64,000 nt of DNA, taken from the NCBI GenBank assembly GCA_025201805.1, contig MU619238.1, forward strand, positions 1 through 64,000. The letters run 5' to 3'. The translations under genes were made by a program, and so were the position numbers. Shown piece after piece: positions 13,515 through 25,909 of this stretch. Each line of letters begins with the position of its first letter. Positions within the stretch are counted from its first letter, which is position 1. The stretch comes from Parasitella parasitica NRRL 2501. Lineage: Eukaryota > Fungi > Mucoromycota. A model generated the notes under the pieces. The model had not been told where the DNA came from and searched no databases. It worked only from the letters and a program-made list of their open reading frames with translations.

Positions 13515-15058
13515 AAGAAGCATCTACAACCCTGTATATTTCTCTACAAATGTTAATAAGATTCCCTCTCCTCCTCCTCTCCCTTTGTCGTACTACTCTG
13601 CTTGCCGTATATTTTACAACATCTACTTTAATATAGCGACTCCTTGTTACCTGTAAATTTTTTCTTCTTGTTGTTCTACAAGTCATACATAAAACCCTAT
13701 AATAAGGTCTCATCATCTGATATCTTTCCAGACTCTTTTCAGGGTCACATGGTTTATGTCACACCAATGTATTTGGTTATAATTATTGAAAAAGATGTTA
13801 ATAAAGCCATGTAATGAGCATGGCTATTTTATGTAATTAGAATAACGACATTCATCAATTGCCATGTAGTAGCCAACAACAGACGGGATTATGGGGGAAT
13901 ACAGTTGCGATTATTCTGAGGTAGTGCTGGAGCTGCATCGTTAATTTGTTTTTCCACACATCCAAAATGTATCTGAGCCTCTCGCCTCTCGCCTTTCGCC
14001 TCTCACCCGATCAGTGAGCATTATTTACGTTTGGCATAGTTGATACATATTTGAATCAGCAGATATCTGTGCCATTGTTTATAATACGACCCCAAAACGA
14101 TTTTCTATAACTATTTAACATTTATCTATTAACTTGACACATGTTTATACATATTATCCCAGAACCATAAAATAAAACACTGATGCATCTTTTAATAATG
14201 CTCCTTGGATAGAGACATTATTCGCGATATATTACATTTGCAATTAGTATATACAGTTGCGATTAGTCATACATAACATTAGCAATGGGCTACATGTCGC
14301 TATTCGAGAAAAACTTTCACGATTAGACATCTTTTTGCAATGAAAATTTGTAAGCTTAGTCTTTCTGTCCAGAAAGAAGGCGATGCCTTGACCCCAAGCT
14401 CCCTCTCAGAACTCAGTCTTTAATGTGTTACGAACTCAAGAACCTCCCGCGTCGTGTGTACATTCTCATTTAATACTGTTGGATATTCGAAATACTTGAA
14501 TAGGAGGCTGGGCTTGATAGGTACATGTACTCCAAGACCTCTTCTAAATGATGTCAAGGTTGTTGCAATAATGAGACTGTTATTGTAGCAACTTGTTGCA
14601 AGTACTGGCCAAATTATATGCGAGATTGGCTACACTACTGCTCCTTCATGCGTGTATGCACTTCTTGAATCATGCATTTAGCGAAATACAAGATCTTTTT
14701 AAACCAAGTGCTCAAACTTCTGATTCTCTAAGATAGAAGCTACGTCTGCGAAACTCGGAGCCTTGTGAGGCCCATTTTATTTTATTTTTGCCAAAAGTGC
14801 TATGCAGTGGGCCTTGAATACACCCATCATCTAGGCTCCAGTCTTTTTCTGTTTGAAGCCTACAAGCACCTCTTGAGTGGCCCCTCAGCTCCTGATGGGC
14901 CTTTCTCATTACAGCAGTATGTGGTCACAGATTGGACAATTTGATTACGTTGCAGCCTTTTAATGGGATGCGCGTCCTCTTTTACTTGTCCAACAAGATA
15001 CACTTCTTTTTATTTCTGTTATATTGGAAGGAAGCAATATATATATACAATATAAACA

Positions 15059-16156
15059 ATGATGACAGTACAACAATTAGATGTCCTTCGTGACCAACTC
15101 AAGCAAGAGTTGAGCTCTTCATCTAGTAATCTCCAGAAAGTGGGCCAGCTTCTGACGCAAGCCAAGGTAAAAAAAAAAAAACCAGCAAACAACAAAACAT
15201 GGCTGGCACATGTGTTTTGCTAAATCATGGCATTAGGTTGGTTTGATTGAACTTGGCGCATTCGTCCCTGTTGCTGGAAAAAGTGACCCCAATGTACTTG
15301 TCACTGCACGTAAGGAATTCATGCTATGGGCGGCTGCAGAAAGAGGACTAATGTTTATATCATATAGGCGATATTTTGGAAGCAGGTGCTTATTACAGCG
15401 TTCGTATCAAGGATATCGCTTCATTTGAAAGATATATTGCTCAACTCAACACATATTATCATGATCTTGCGTAAGAATTATGAACGGTTCTGAGCCAGCA
15501 GCCACGAAATGTTGACTGACAAATGTACATTCTAGATCTGTACTTCCTCCTTCATCTCAAATGTACTCACTCATAGGGCTGAATTTGCTTCGATTACTAT
15601 CACAAAATAGATTATCTGATTTCCATACTGCACTCGAAACAATTGATCTTGATCAATTGCAATCAAACCAATTCATTAAGCAAGCTGTTGATCTAGGTAA
15701 TATAAAGAGACACGCAGAGGCTAGTGCCGGGATTAACCACGCATGCAATAGAGCAATTTTTGATGGAAGGTAGTTATAACAAGGTCTGGAGCACAAGAAG
15801 TACTGTCCAGGGAGAGGAATTCATGTTTTTCTACGATATTTTGATTAGTACCATCAGGTAAGAGATCTATGGTTTATAGATGAACTGATGCTAACCGATG
15901 TTTCGGTAGACACGAGATTGCCAGTTGCAGTGAGAAGGCTTATGAATATCTTCCTTTGAACGATGCCAGCACTTTATTGTTCTTGAAGAATACCGAGGAA
16001 TTATTGAACTTTGCAAAAGAACGTGGATGGAAAGTTAATCCGGCTGAACAAAAGGTCTACTTTGGAACAGAAGATGATAGCATTGTCGAAATTCCTCAAG
16101 AGCAAATTATCACTCGTACATTAGGATATGCTAGAGAACTTGAGCGTATTGTATAA
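15059..16156 (+). CDS. RPN12: 26S proteasome lid subunit Rpn12 (multi-exon)
   Basis: RDILEAGA, SFERYIAQL, GLNLLRLLSQNRLSDFHTALE, LMEGSYNKV, RHEIASCSEKAY and C-terminal YARELERIV. Confidence 0.95.
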
Positions 16157-16854
16157 ATTGACGAATAAAGAAGAAGCAACCTTTTGAAGCACTTTTTTTT
16201 TTGTGAATCTAGGCATGTATGATTATTAACATGTCTAGTCTTTGTGCAGTTGAAACTCGCTTTGTCTATTCTTATGAGTAATTCAGTTTTGTGTTATATT
16301 TCAAGAAGGTAGAGTTGAGAGTTACGCTCGTGAGAAGTAATTTCTTTCAATAGCGTTGCAATTGATACCTGAAATCCAATCACTTTGAGCACAATAGGAA
16401 TCTGGAGTTTATATTGTTGGGAGATTCGACTACCAAAAATAATTTTATACCTTTATGTTTTTGGTTTTAATTGTTTTTTATGTGTATTTTAAGAAGGATT
16501 GAAGAGCTGAACAGGTCCCTAATGAGTTTCAATGGAGTTATACTTGTATAATTCCTTTCTACAAGTAAAACTAGGCTATCAATGCTTTGTGTATGGCTTT
16601 TGGCATCTATGCCCAAATTTACCATATTTAATCTCTGGTAGCAGCTTATTTAGGAAGTTTGAAAGTGTATACAACATACTAGAGGCAGCGGGAAAAGGTA
16701 GACATCTGTTGTGTGTGCAACCTTTAATAATATTTTATACCTGGGCCATTCCAATATTTTTGTTGTTTTTCTTTCTTCTCTTCCTTTCTCTTTTTTCTTT
16801 TATATAGAGAATTCATCACGCACTATATAATTATATTCAAATAAATATATCGAA

Positions 16855-17512
16855 ATGATGCCCGGTGAAGCGATGCTCTTCTTGTTTGCAGTCATTATGT
16901 CTGCATTGTTGTTATTCATGATGGTCTTTTTTGTAAGAATTTTTGCAACACACCAAATCGCAAGCTTAACTTTTTTTTTCCATCTAGGTCATTATGTTTT
17001 CTGATTTAGAATGCGATTATATCAACCCTATTGATCTTTGCAACAAATTGAATCAGGTAAAAAATTCCATCTTTACACACGGTTTTCGTGAAAGAGGCTA
17101 ACATGTTGCAAAGTTTGTTTTACCTGAAATGGGAGCGCACGCATTCTTGTTCTTCATGTTCCTCGTAAATGGGAGCTGGATATCTATGATTTTAAATTTG
17201 CCTTTGGTTGCTTATAATGTTAAAAAGTAAGTAACGATTCTGTTGTTTTAGAGGAGGAGGGAGGGATCAAATGCTGACATGACATACTGCTGCTAGGGTC
17301 ATTAATAAGCGTGATATGTATGATGCCACCGAGATTTTCCGTACTCTTTCTCAGCACAAAAAGGAATGCTTCATCAAGCTTGGTTTTTATTTAATTGTAA
17401 GTTCACATATATGTACGTTCATTTCTAGTTGTATTTATGATTTTCTTTTGCGTAGTGCTTCTTTTATTTCTTATACCGTATGATTGTTGCATTAATTGCT
17501 GCCGATTCATAA
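16855..17512 (+). CDS. ERV14: Cornichon-family ER export cargo receptor (5 exons)
   Basis: Spliced IMFSDLECDYINPIDLCNKLNQ, LNLPLVAYN, YDATEIFRTL, KLGFYL. Confidence 0.93.
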
Positions 17513-17584
17513 GATTAATGTCTTTTTAATAAAAGTTATGTACAAAGTAAAGTGGAAATACACATGTATTTTTCTATGTACTAT

Positions 17585-19081
17585 TTATTGGACCCAAGCG
17601 TTATGTAGTTCTTCAATATACTTTGAAAACGTGGATCTGGGTGTTGTTAAAATGCGTTTTCCATTGGCTGCCACCATAGCATCGACAAGAGGAATTAAAA
17701 AGTTCTTGAGCGACTTTGATGGAACTACAAGATCTTGTAATCCTCTCAAAGGTGTAAACAAATGCTCTGGTAAATCATTTAATACTGTTGTACAAGGGAA
17801 TCTGTCAAACCATGGCAGCAAACTGCTGCTTACTCCTCGAGGGTCTCTATGGTCCGTTGCAATATACACTTTTGCGCGTTTGGCAAGCTGTTCTGACGAA
17901 AATTGGTGTTCACTGGAGCCGTCGGTATTGCTATTATCGCCGTTGAAAGATGATGTTGAAGCAATGCTGAGGCAGTGGTGTGCTAAATCAACTGATGCAT
18001 GGTCTTCATGACGTTGCACATACGTCTCATGACTGATGATCTCTGTCATATTCTTTGCAAATAACGCTAGATTAGCCGGGACATCCTTACGAAAGGGATT
18101 GTCGCCTGTTCTGAAATGCACCGACGTAAATGAGCCTTTGCCACCCAAATAATTGACAATACCCTTTACAGTTTCACCCAGGGGCGTATCTAATCGATAG
18201 TGTAACACCTGTTTGATCATTTCCTGCATTTGTTTATCTTGAGCATCTATTAGATTGAAACGCGTCGAGCCAAAGATACCACCCAAGTACAGCAGCTTTT
18301 CAGTTCTGCGTTGAAAATGACGAGGTAGCAATACTTTATAGTAATGGCGTCCAGAAAATGAGTCGAAATAGTTGAACCTGTTCTTTAGTAATTCGACGGC
18401 TTGAGATTGATTTTGGTATAATTGCCAATCGTACAGTTGAGCGTCTTGATGCAGATAGATGTCGCTGTCGTTCAGCTGCAGATCCTCTTTGATTTGTTTC
18501 ATAGAGACTACGGATTGAAATTGGAATTTGATGCCCACTTCTTGCAATGGACTGAAATCATGTAGGTCTGTCCACGATAGTACGCCGAAATTACGATATT
18601 CAGCGCACCTCGATCGCTGAACGTAACTAGCAAGTGTTCCAGGCTTTGGGTTTTGGCAGATTTTTGAGAAATCCTTTGGAGTTGTTAGCCACTCAAGTCG
18701 TTCTTCCAATTGAACTCGGTTCATCCATCCAAACACCGAACCAAGAAATGCAGGAGGGATGATGAGCGTACGGTTTAGCATTTGGGATAGTAGTAACGCA
18801 TTTGCCAGTTCAATTCTTTGATTTGATAAACCTGAATGCGGTAAATAAGCTAGGTACTTTTCTTCTTCGAAAGATGGTATGGTTGGAGGCTCCTTTGTTG
18901 TGGGTAACATTTTACGCTGTATTGGGTATTTTTCATTCTTATAATAGAATAGTGTTGTGCTAGTCGTTGTGGGTAAAGTGTAGCATATGAATAATGCTAG
19001 CAGTATTAAGCCCGCGATACTTGATTTTCTAGTCTTTGTTGACAATATGGATAGAAATGACATTGATAACTTTTTCATCAT
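17585..19081 (-). CDS. O-fucosyltransferase-like (GT-B fold; CigA-like) type II membrane protein
   Basis: N-terminal TM anchor; YLPHSGLSNQRIELANA...LNRTLIIPP, VHFRTGD, YIATD, DAMVAA...STFS motifs. Confidence 0.8.
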   Translation of the reverse strand: MMKKLSMSFLSILSTKTRKSSIAGLILLALFICYTLPTTTSTTLFYYKNEKYPIQRKMLPTTKEPPTIPSFEEEKYLAYLPHSGLSNQRIELANALLLSQMLNRTLIIPPAFLGSVFGWMNRVQLEERLEWLTTPKDFSKICQNPKPGTLASYVQRSRCAEYRNFGVLSWTDLHDFSPLQEVGIKFQFQSVVSMKQIKEDLQLNDSDIYLHQDAQLYDWQLYQNQSQAVELLKNRFNYFDSFSGRHYYKVLLPRHFQRRTEKLLYLGGIFGSTRFNLIDAQDKQMQEMIKQVLHYRLDTPLGETVKGIVNYLGGKGSFTSVHFRTGDNPFRKDVPANLALFAKNMTEIISHETYVQRHEDHASVDLAHHCLSIASTSSFNGDNSNTDGSSEHQFSSEQLAKRAKVYIATDHRDPRGVSSSLLPWFDRFPCTTVLNDLPEHLFTPLRGLQDLVVPSKSLKNFLIPLVDAMVAANGKRILTTPRSTFSKYIEELHNAWVQ

Positions 19082-20412
19082 CCTGCGTATATGAAAGTCT
19101 ATGGTGAACGAAAGGAATGTATATATGATGCAAAGTGATCAGAAAGAGAGAAGAGATAAAAAGAGGGCTATTAAATATTTTTACAAACAAAGAAAGATGT
19201 TCCTGATTTCAAAGGAGTTTTTAGTACGCCGATCACTTATGTTACTCTTTTCATAGCTTCAGGAAGCGTACGTTTCTGTTGTTATATACACAGTAATAGT
19301 GTCTTTTGTAATAACACACTGCTTGATTTGACATCATCGTGTCTTTCTCTTTTATCTCTTGGCGCAGTTGCACAAGACGATAGGACAGAAAACAGCATGC
19401 AACTAAAAGTATTTGGCAAGACAATGCTCATAACGTATGGCGAAATGCCATGATATTCACTCATTCTTTCCGTTCTTTCGTATTATTTATAGCATATTTT
19501 CCAACGTTTTTGTCAATGGACAGATTGTTGAATATGGTTTTATTTACTCGTTTTGTAATTAAAAACTATTTTTATAAGACTTAACTCAATTGTGTGCTAC
19601 ACCAAAAGAAAGTTTGGTGTAATACAATATTGATGGAATATTGTATTGCACTCAGTGACAAAACGCAGTGCTTCCATTGCCACTTTGCACGTTTAACTAC
19701 ACAATTCGCGCTTTTTGAACATTAAAACCAAGGAGAACGGCCAACAGCAGTGTTTCCGAAACAAACCTGTCTCCTTGACAAAGTTCACACAAGCTGCTGG
19801 AGCAGATCTTTACCAGAACAAAAGTTAGTTTGACACCACTTGGAAACCGTGATAGCCTTACGAGTTCGAATACCAAGAGCGACGTTGAGCTGTTCCCCAT
19901 GTTCTAGACTCAGATCCTCGAAATGGAAAGTTGCGAGTTGTTCATGTTCCCTAGAGCTTTTCTATTCCATGTCAAAAACATCCTTTGCTTGCTGAGAGTT
20001 GAAAATGCGTGCAGATGTGGATTCATGCTGAGAATCAGTGGTGTTCCTACCAATCAGGTCTCTGTCCTTTATATGGTGTTGGGTTATCTGAAAGAGCCAT
20101 CTAAATCCTATCATATCAATGAAAAAGCATTACTATAACAAGATGAATACATACTGCATATAAACTCTTCGATTTTATCAATTATGCAAATTGAAAATAG
20201 AAAAACGTTGTGGTGCATTTGATGAGGCAACAATGTAGTATATGCAGTTTATATTAAATTGGATAAAATATAGCACATTGCGCTACTGTTTCAACTTTGT
20301 AGTTTTTCCACATAACAAATGCTTCTGTCTTCAATGAACATCCCCTCTACCCCCCCCCCTTTTTTTTTTCTTCTATTAACATTTGAACTGAATGGTGATC
20401 ACAGGAACAATT

Positions 20413-21813
20413 ATGAAGTTCAGCGTATGCCAGCTGCCCGAGAAACTGTGGCATTTGGTTCTGCAGGATATATCTCATTTTGATACACAACAGCTATCAA
20501 TGATTTGTCATCGATTCAGATATTTTACGCTTAAGCACTCTACAAGAAGCATAACCGCATTTCCCACAAGGAGCGCGTCCGCATATACTCAAGAAGTCAT
20601 GATGAAGATTGCTACCACCTTGACTGTCGAACATAGCAATATTACAACTACTTGAGTGAAAAAATCATCCAACATCTACCCAACATTAAAGTCGCCAATA
20701 TTGAATGTTCATCGTAAACTAGCAAGACAACTCTTGATCTATATCTCAAGGTACTGCCATTTTGATGTAATCCATGCTCCATTGAAAGATATTCCAAAGT
20801 GGGAAAAATTCTAACATCATTCAATAGACGGTAAATGTATTCGCGCTAGTGCAGTAAGTGTCAACCATTTGGATGTGTCTCGCCAAAATGTTAATCAAGA
20901 CATGTTTCTTTTACAAGGTCGTAATATGTTGCTCGAAAATGATGAAGATCCTCTGCCTGTGAAGACTTTGTCATTTAACTTGGAAAACTTAGCGTTGACT
21001 TGGTGCTATCTAGCAACAGCATTTGTATCCATGGTTTTTTGATGTCTACAAAATTGTCAGCTGATAACACATACTTACAAATATATAATCGCTGATAGGA
21101 CCACCAATAATTCCTTGCTCATTCCGTTTTCGCTCCTCTGCAATCAATCTCCTCAAAAATGCCCTAAAATTGAAAACACCCGTACATGCTTTATCCTTGA
21201 ATGGTATCATGCTTCTTACAGACGATTCTTATGTAGACTACGGATTTGGAACGCAAGAATGGAGAGACATCATGAGAGGACTCCAGCAAACCTTTGTCAA
21301 CAAAGACTCTGTTGCAACGATGAATTCACGTTAATTATTGATGATTTCCTAAATCGGTGCTATGATAAAAGTAGGATATCTATATGCTGCACTGAACGCC
21401 AATGCATTGTCAAAGGTAAATGATTGGTGTCGATGTTGAATAACCTAGCGGGCATTGTTAATCCAACTTGGAATGTAATGAACATGATGGATACTTTTAC
21501 CATCAATATGTTCGGTCCCATATTTTTAATCCTTTTCTTATTTATAATTTATCCTTATCTCACAAATTTTTGTTCTGGCGAAGATTTCATCCATATCTGC
21601 TCCAGCATCTCATGTAAACTTTGTCAAAGGGACAACTTTGTTTTGGGATCACTGCTGTAGGCCATCCTCTTCAATCGTAATGTTAAAAAAGCTACGCTTA
21701 AAATATTATACCAAAAATATAAAATGAATCCACAGTTTTTGGCTTTTCTTGCTTATCGCAGCGAACTGAGGCCAACAAAGAAAGTTTCTTTTTCAATCAA
21801 AAACAAATCCTAG
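20413..21813 (+). pseudogene. Probable F-box protein pseudogene
   Basis: N-terminal F-box-like QLPEKLWHLVLQDISHFDTQQLSMICHRFR, followed by coding-like sequence broken by frameshifts and stops. The 3' boundary is approximate. Confidence 0.5.
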
Positions 21814-22803
21814 CTAGCCATTAATTGTCAGTACTTTCTTCAGACAGAAACAAGAGCCTGAAGTTACTACAGCACTACTTTCTGGAACAGAAATGGTAAG
21901 TCTGAGCCCTTATAGAGACTAAGAATGATAGCAATACATAATGCATCGATTGTAAAAGACCATTTGAGAGCTGTGAACTGCATTTTGAACTGAAGCAATA
22001 AAGCCACCTGTAATGAAAGTGTTAAATTTGCTACGAGAAGAACGCGCCTCATCTTATAAATATACAAAAGTTGAAATACGCTAACTTTCACAATTTTGAA
22101 ATATTTAGGTTGCCACCTAAAATCAAAAAAGATTATTAAACAGGTTGGTCGAGATTTCAGCTGAATCGATCGACATTTTTCGGTGTAAGGAAGAAATGGA
22201 GCAAGGGAGCTGGGAGCTTCTAAGTTAATTGAAAATGTATAACGTTGAGCTGTTAACGCTACTAAATATCACTTACTACCCTTGGATATCAAATTGTTAA
22301 GGAGATCCAGGCCATGGGCTGGACTGGCAAATATCGTATTCATACTTTTTGTTTGTCAAATTGTTTTTTTTATTGCTCCATGTAAATAGGTCCCGAAGAC
22401 ACTATCAAAAGGCAGGCGCAAATAAGAGGTTGTTTGAATAATTACTAATGAGTATTCATACTACTCACTGGAAAATCAACATTTTTTCGCTTAAGAAACA
22501 TTGATAATAAATGTGACAATAATTGGAAAGGCCACAACGACAGAGGCAAATGAGAGGACTATTACTACTACCAGATATGGCCTTTATGCAACAAAAATTG
22601 GAATGAGGAGCAGTAGTCAGATAATATTTTATAATGGACCCATTTGGAAAACCCAACTTTTAACTTAAGTATATACCATTGTCATGCTCTAATAAGACAC
22701 CGGATAAACGTTTACTCTTTCTCGCAAATGATAACAAAATTAAGTTTCCTATTTCTTTGATTTCAATCTTTTCAGCTTTTTCTCACATTTAAAACTACAC
22801 CTC

Positions 22804-24007
22804 ATGTCCTTTACATCATCTAGTGTACCACCAGCAGAAAGCTTTGATAGAGAATCCGTTGGTTCGAAGCCTTCTTTACCAGAGCAAGCTTGCGAAATAC
22901 AAACGTTGATGTGCTCATTCTTGAAAGAGCATACAGCATACGATGTCTTGCCTGTAAGCTATCGGTTGATTGTGTTTGATACTCGGCTCTTGGTGAAAAA
23001 AGCATTGAATGCACTTGTGCAAAACGGTAAAATCCTGCCATGGTACAAAAAAAAAAAAGAAAACCAACCTTGTTTTTTTGTTGTAGGTATTGTGTCTGCC
23101 CCTTTGTGGTCGAGCGAAACACAGAGATTTGCTGGCATGTTAACCGTAGCCGACTTTATCAACTTGATACAATATTATTATACCCATTCTTCGGTCGAGG
23201 ATGCGTTTCGTGAGATAGAAAGCTTTGAGCTGGCCCATTTACGTAATGTAGAGAAATTGGTTGGGGCACCAGCACCACAGCTAGTGTCTATGGATCCTAT
23301 GGCAACATTGTATGACGCGTGTCGTAAGCTAGCTGAAAGCAGGGTACATCGAGTGCCTTTATTAGATAAAGAGCCAGAAACTGGAACAGAGATGATTGTG
23401 AGTGTGATTACACAATACCGTATATTGAAGTTTATCGCCTCTAATGTGAGTATCATGATTTCGCACTTTTTGTCTGCCCTCATCTGATGCATTCTTGGAC
23501 AAGTTTAAACACACAAAAGCATTGAAACAACCATTATCAGAGCTAAAGATTGGGACTTACGAAAATGTCGCAACAGCATACATGTCAACACCTGTAATTC
23601 AAGTCATCAATATGTTTGTGGAGCAAAATATAAGCGCTGTACCCATTATAGATGCAAATGGCGTTGTGATCAATGTATACGAGACAATTGATGTGATGGT
23701 AAGATTTTTAGTCAAGTTATATTTCAAGGATTATTGAAACAAGAAGTTATTTTTGCAGAGCATTGCAAGATCAGGGAGATATAAAGAATTAGACATTCCT
23801 GTTGGAGAAGCAATGGAAGCGAGACCTAAAGACTATCCTGGAGTGCATACATGCACACTAAGTGACACATTGTATTCCATCTTTAGGACTATCAGAAAGC
23901 AAAGAGTGTATAGATTGATTATTGTGGATAGAGAAAACAAATTGATTGGAATAGTTAGTTTATCGAATATTTTGGGGTATCTTGTAGGTCATACTGCAAG
24001 GCGCTGA
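22804..24007 (+). CDS. SNF4: AMPK/Snf1 gamma subunit (CBS domains, 4 exons)
   Basis: FLKEHTAYDVLPVSYRLIVFDTRLLVKKAL, GIVSAPLW, FAGMLT, TQYRILKFI, ISAVPII. Confidence 0.95.
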
Positions 24008-24296
24008 TTATAGTATCTACTCCAAATAATAAAAATCTGTGTACATAACATTAATTTTGGTAATCATTATTGTAGCTGTCATTTTGCTACATACAACACT
24101 GTCGCGAGCAGTGAAATGTTGGTGATATTGAGACGCTTTGTGTTACAGTTACACACGAGTCAGTAAGAGAAGCATTATATTGCCATACAGCCAATGGTAA
24201 GGTATGACTCAGTATGATTGACAAATAATGAATAAAAGATGTTTATGCATAGATAGTGCTAATATTATAGAGAAAGAGAGAAGTATATACAGCTAT

Positions 24297-25446
24297 TTAT
24301 CCGGGAGGGAGCAAGGAGGCATCGACAACATCAGAATCTTCGTATGAATGCTCAGTTTGGGGTTCATAATGATCATGGACAGGAGATCTAGGCATTGCCA
24401 TAATACCTTGAAAAAAAAAATCGAGCAGGCAAAGAATCAATATCCAAAATAAACACTAATAATGATTAAACTTACCTGTTCTTGAGGCTTCAAGAATACC
24501 AAAAGGCTTACAGAGCTTCATGAATGAAGATAATCTGCTGGATTTGGCACATAACTCGATGATTACAGAGTCTGAAGAAACATCAACAACCTTGCCATCA
24601 AAGAGACGAGTAAGCTCTGTCAAGGCACGCAAATGAGAGAAGGTCTCGCGAAGGGTATCTGAAGAAGAAATGGCGGATTGCTGTACAACAATATTAATTT
24701 ATGTCAGATCTTGTGATAATTAAGTTTCTCCCTTACGTTCTTGAAACGAGTTACATTCTCATCTTCATATTCAACCTCGTCATCCAACTTGGCAGTGGGC
24801 AACTGTTCATGCAAGTGTTCAGGACCAAGAATCGAGACCTTGATCAGTAAAAGTTCACGCTCAACCAATTTTGTCTTTGAGTAGTCCAATACAGCCCAGA
24901 CAGGAACCTATTCAACACACCTTTGTTAATGATATCCCTCGACGCACAAAAATCTGCTGATAATACCAAATCTTCCAATTGACGTCTAGCTTGTTCAATT
25001 TGAACATTTCTTCCATTAAAGACAATCGTCATACGGCTAAGATCCTCGACTTCTGTATTAGCTACAACAAGAGACTCAATATTAAAACCACGAGCAGCCA
25101 AAATACCAGACACACGACTGAGCACACCAGGCTCATTTTGAACCAAACAATTCAATACATGACGAGTTTCAGGCTGGAGACTAGGAGCTGGTGTGTTGTA
25201 GAGAATGTTGGTAACTGCATCTTCTACAGTAGGCTGAGGCACAACGGGTACAGGGGCAAAACGGCGCTGACGGATGTGCTTCTTGAAAGAGATGGCAGAG
25301 GTAGCAGAGCTGCTTTGAGAGGCTAAAAACCTGGCATTGTTGATGACAGGAGAACGAGTGTTGTGAACCTACAGTACGTTAGACCAAGAAAAGCTTATAT
25401 GCACAAAAATACAACTTACAGCACGAGTTGCAATTGATCTGAACAT
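24297..25446 (-). CDS. ILV6: Acetolactate synthase regulatory (small) subunit (5 exons)
   Basis: HVLNCLVQNEPGVLSRVSGILAARGFNIESLVV, ERELLLIKV, C-terminal LLPPG; mitochondrial presequence-like start MFRSIATRA. Confidence 0.95.
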
Positions 25447-25909
25447 GTCGATATGAAATGAGAGAAGAAAAGAAAAAAAAAGAAAGAAATGTGGAGACGT
25501 TTCTATTTATACCAAATGAATGGTAACCCCAGATTTCAGCAATTCAGGGAATTTCCATGTAGTCTCATTACTGTTGATAGCCTGTGACGACAAGTTGAAT
25601 CATTTGCAACAAAGAGAGCTTATTGGTACATCTAATAATGTAAATCTTAACTTCAAACATTCACCTGCTTTTGTTTGAGCAAATGCATAAGAGAGAACCG
25701 CGAAAAACCAGCAATATAGCTGTCATACTCTCAACATCTGCAATAACTAATTCAATTTTTACTACACGCTTTGATATATTCTCTCGTTTGTTTTCTTTTG
25801 GTATCTTTATTTGATGCGCTAGTTACACCAACAAGATGAACTTTAAAAAGCCACTTGGACAAGAAAAGCAGGCTGCTTGAAGCTGCATGATTTAAGGGGT
25901 GAAAATCAG

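Noticed and set aside
14340-14960. RNase P/MRP-like snippets on the - strand (GAGAAAGGCCC ... AATGGGCCTCAC; GGACAGAAAGACTAAGCTTAC)
   Set aside because: No supporting P1-P3 helices found and G-U pairs favour the + strand, so it is not called as RNase P/MRP.
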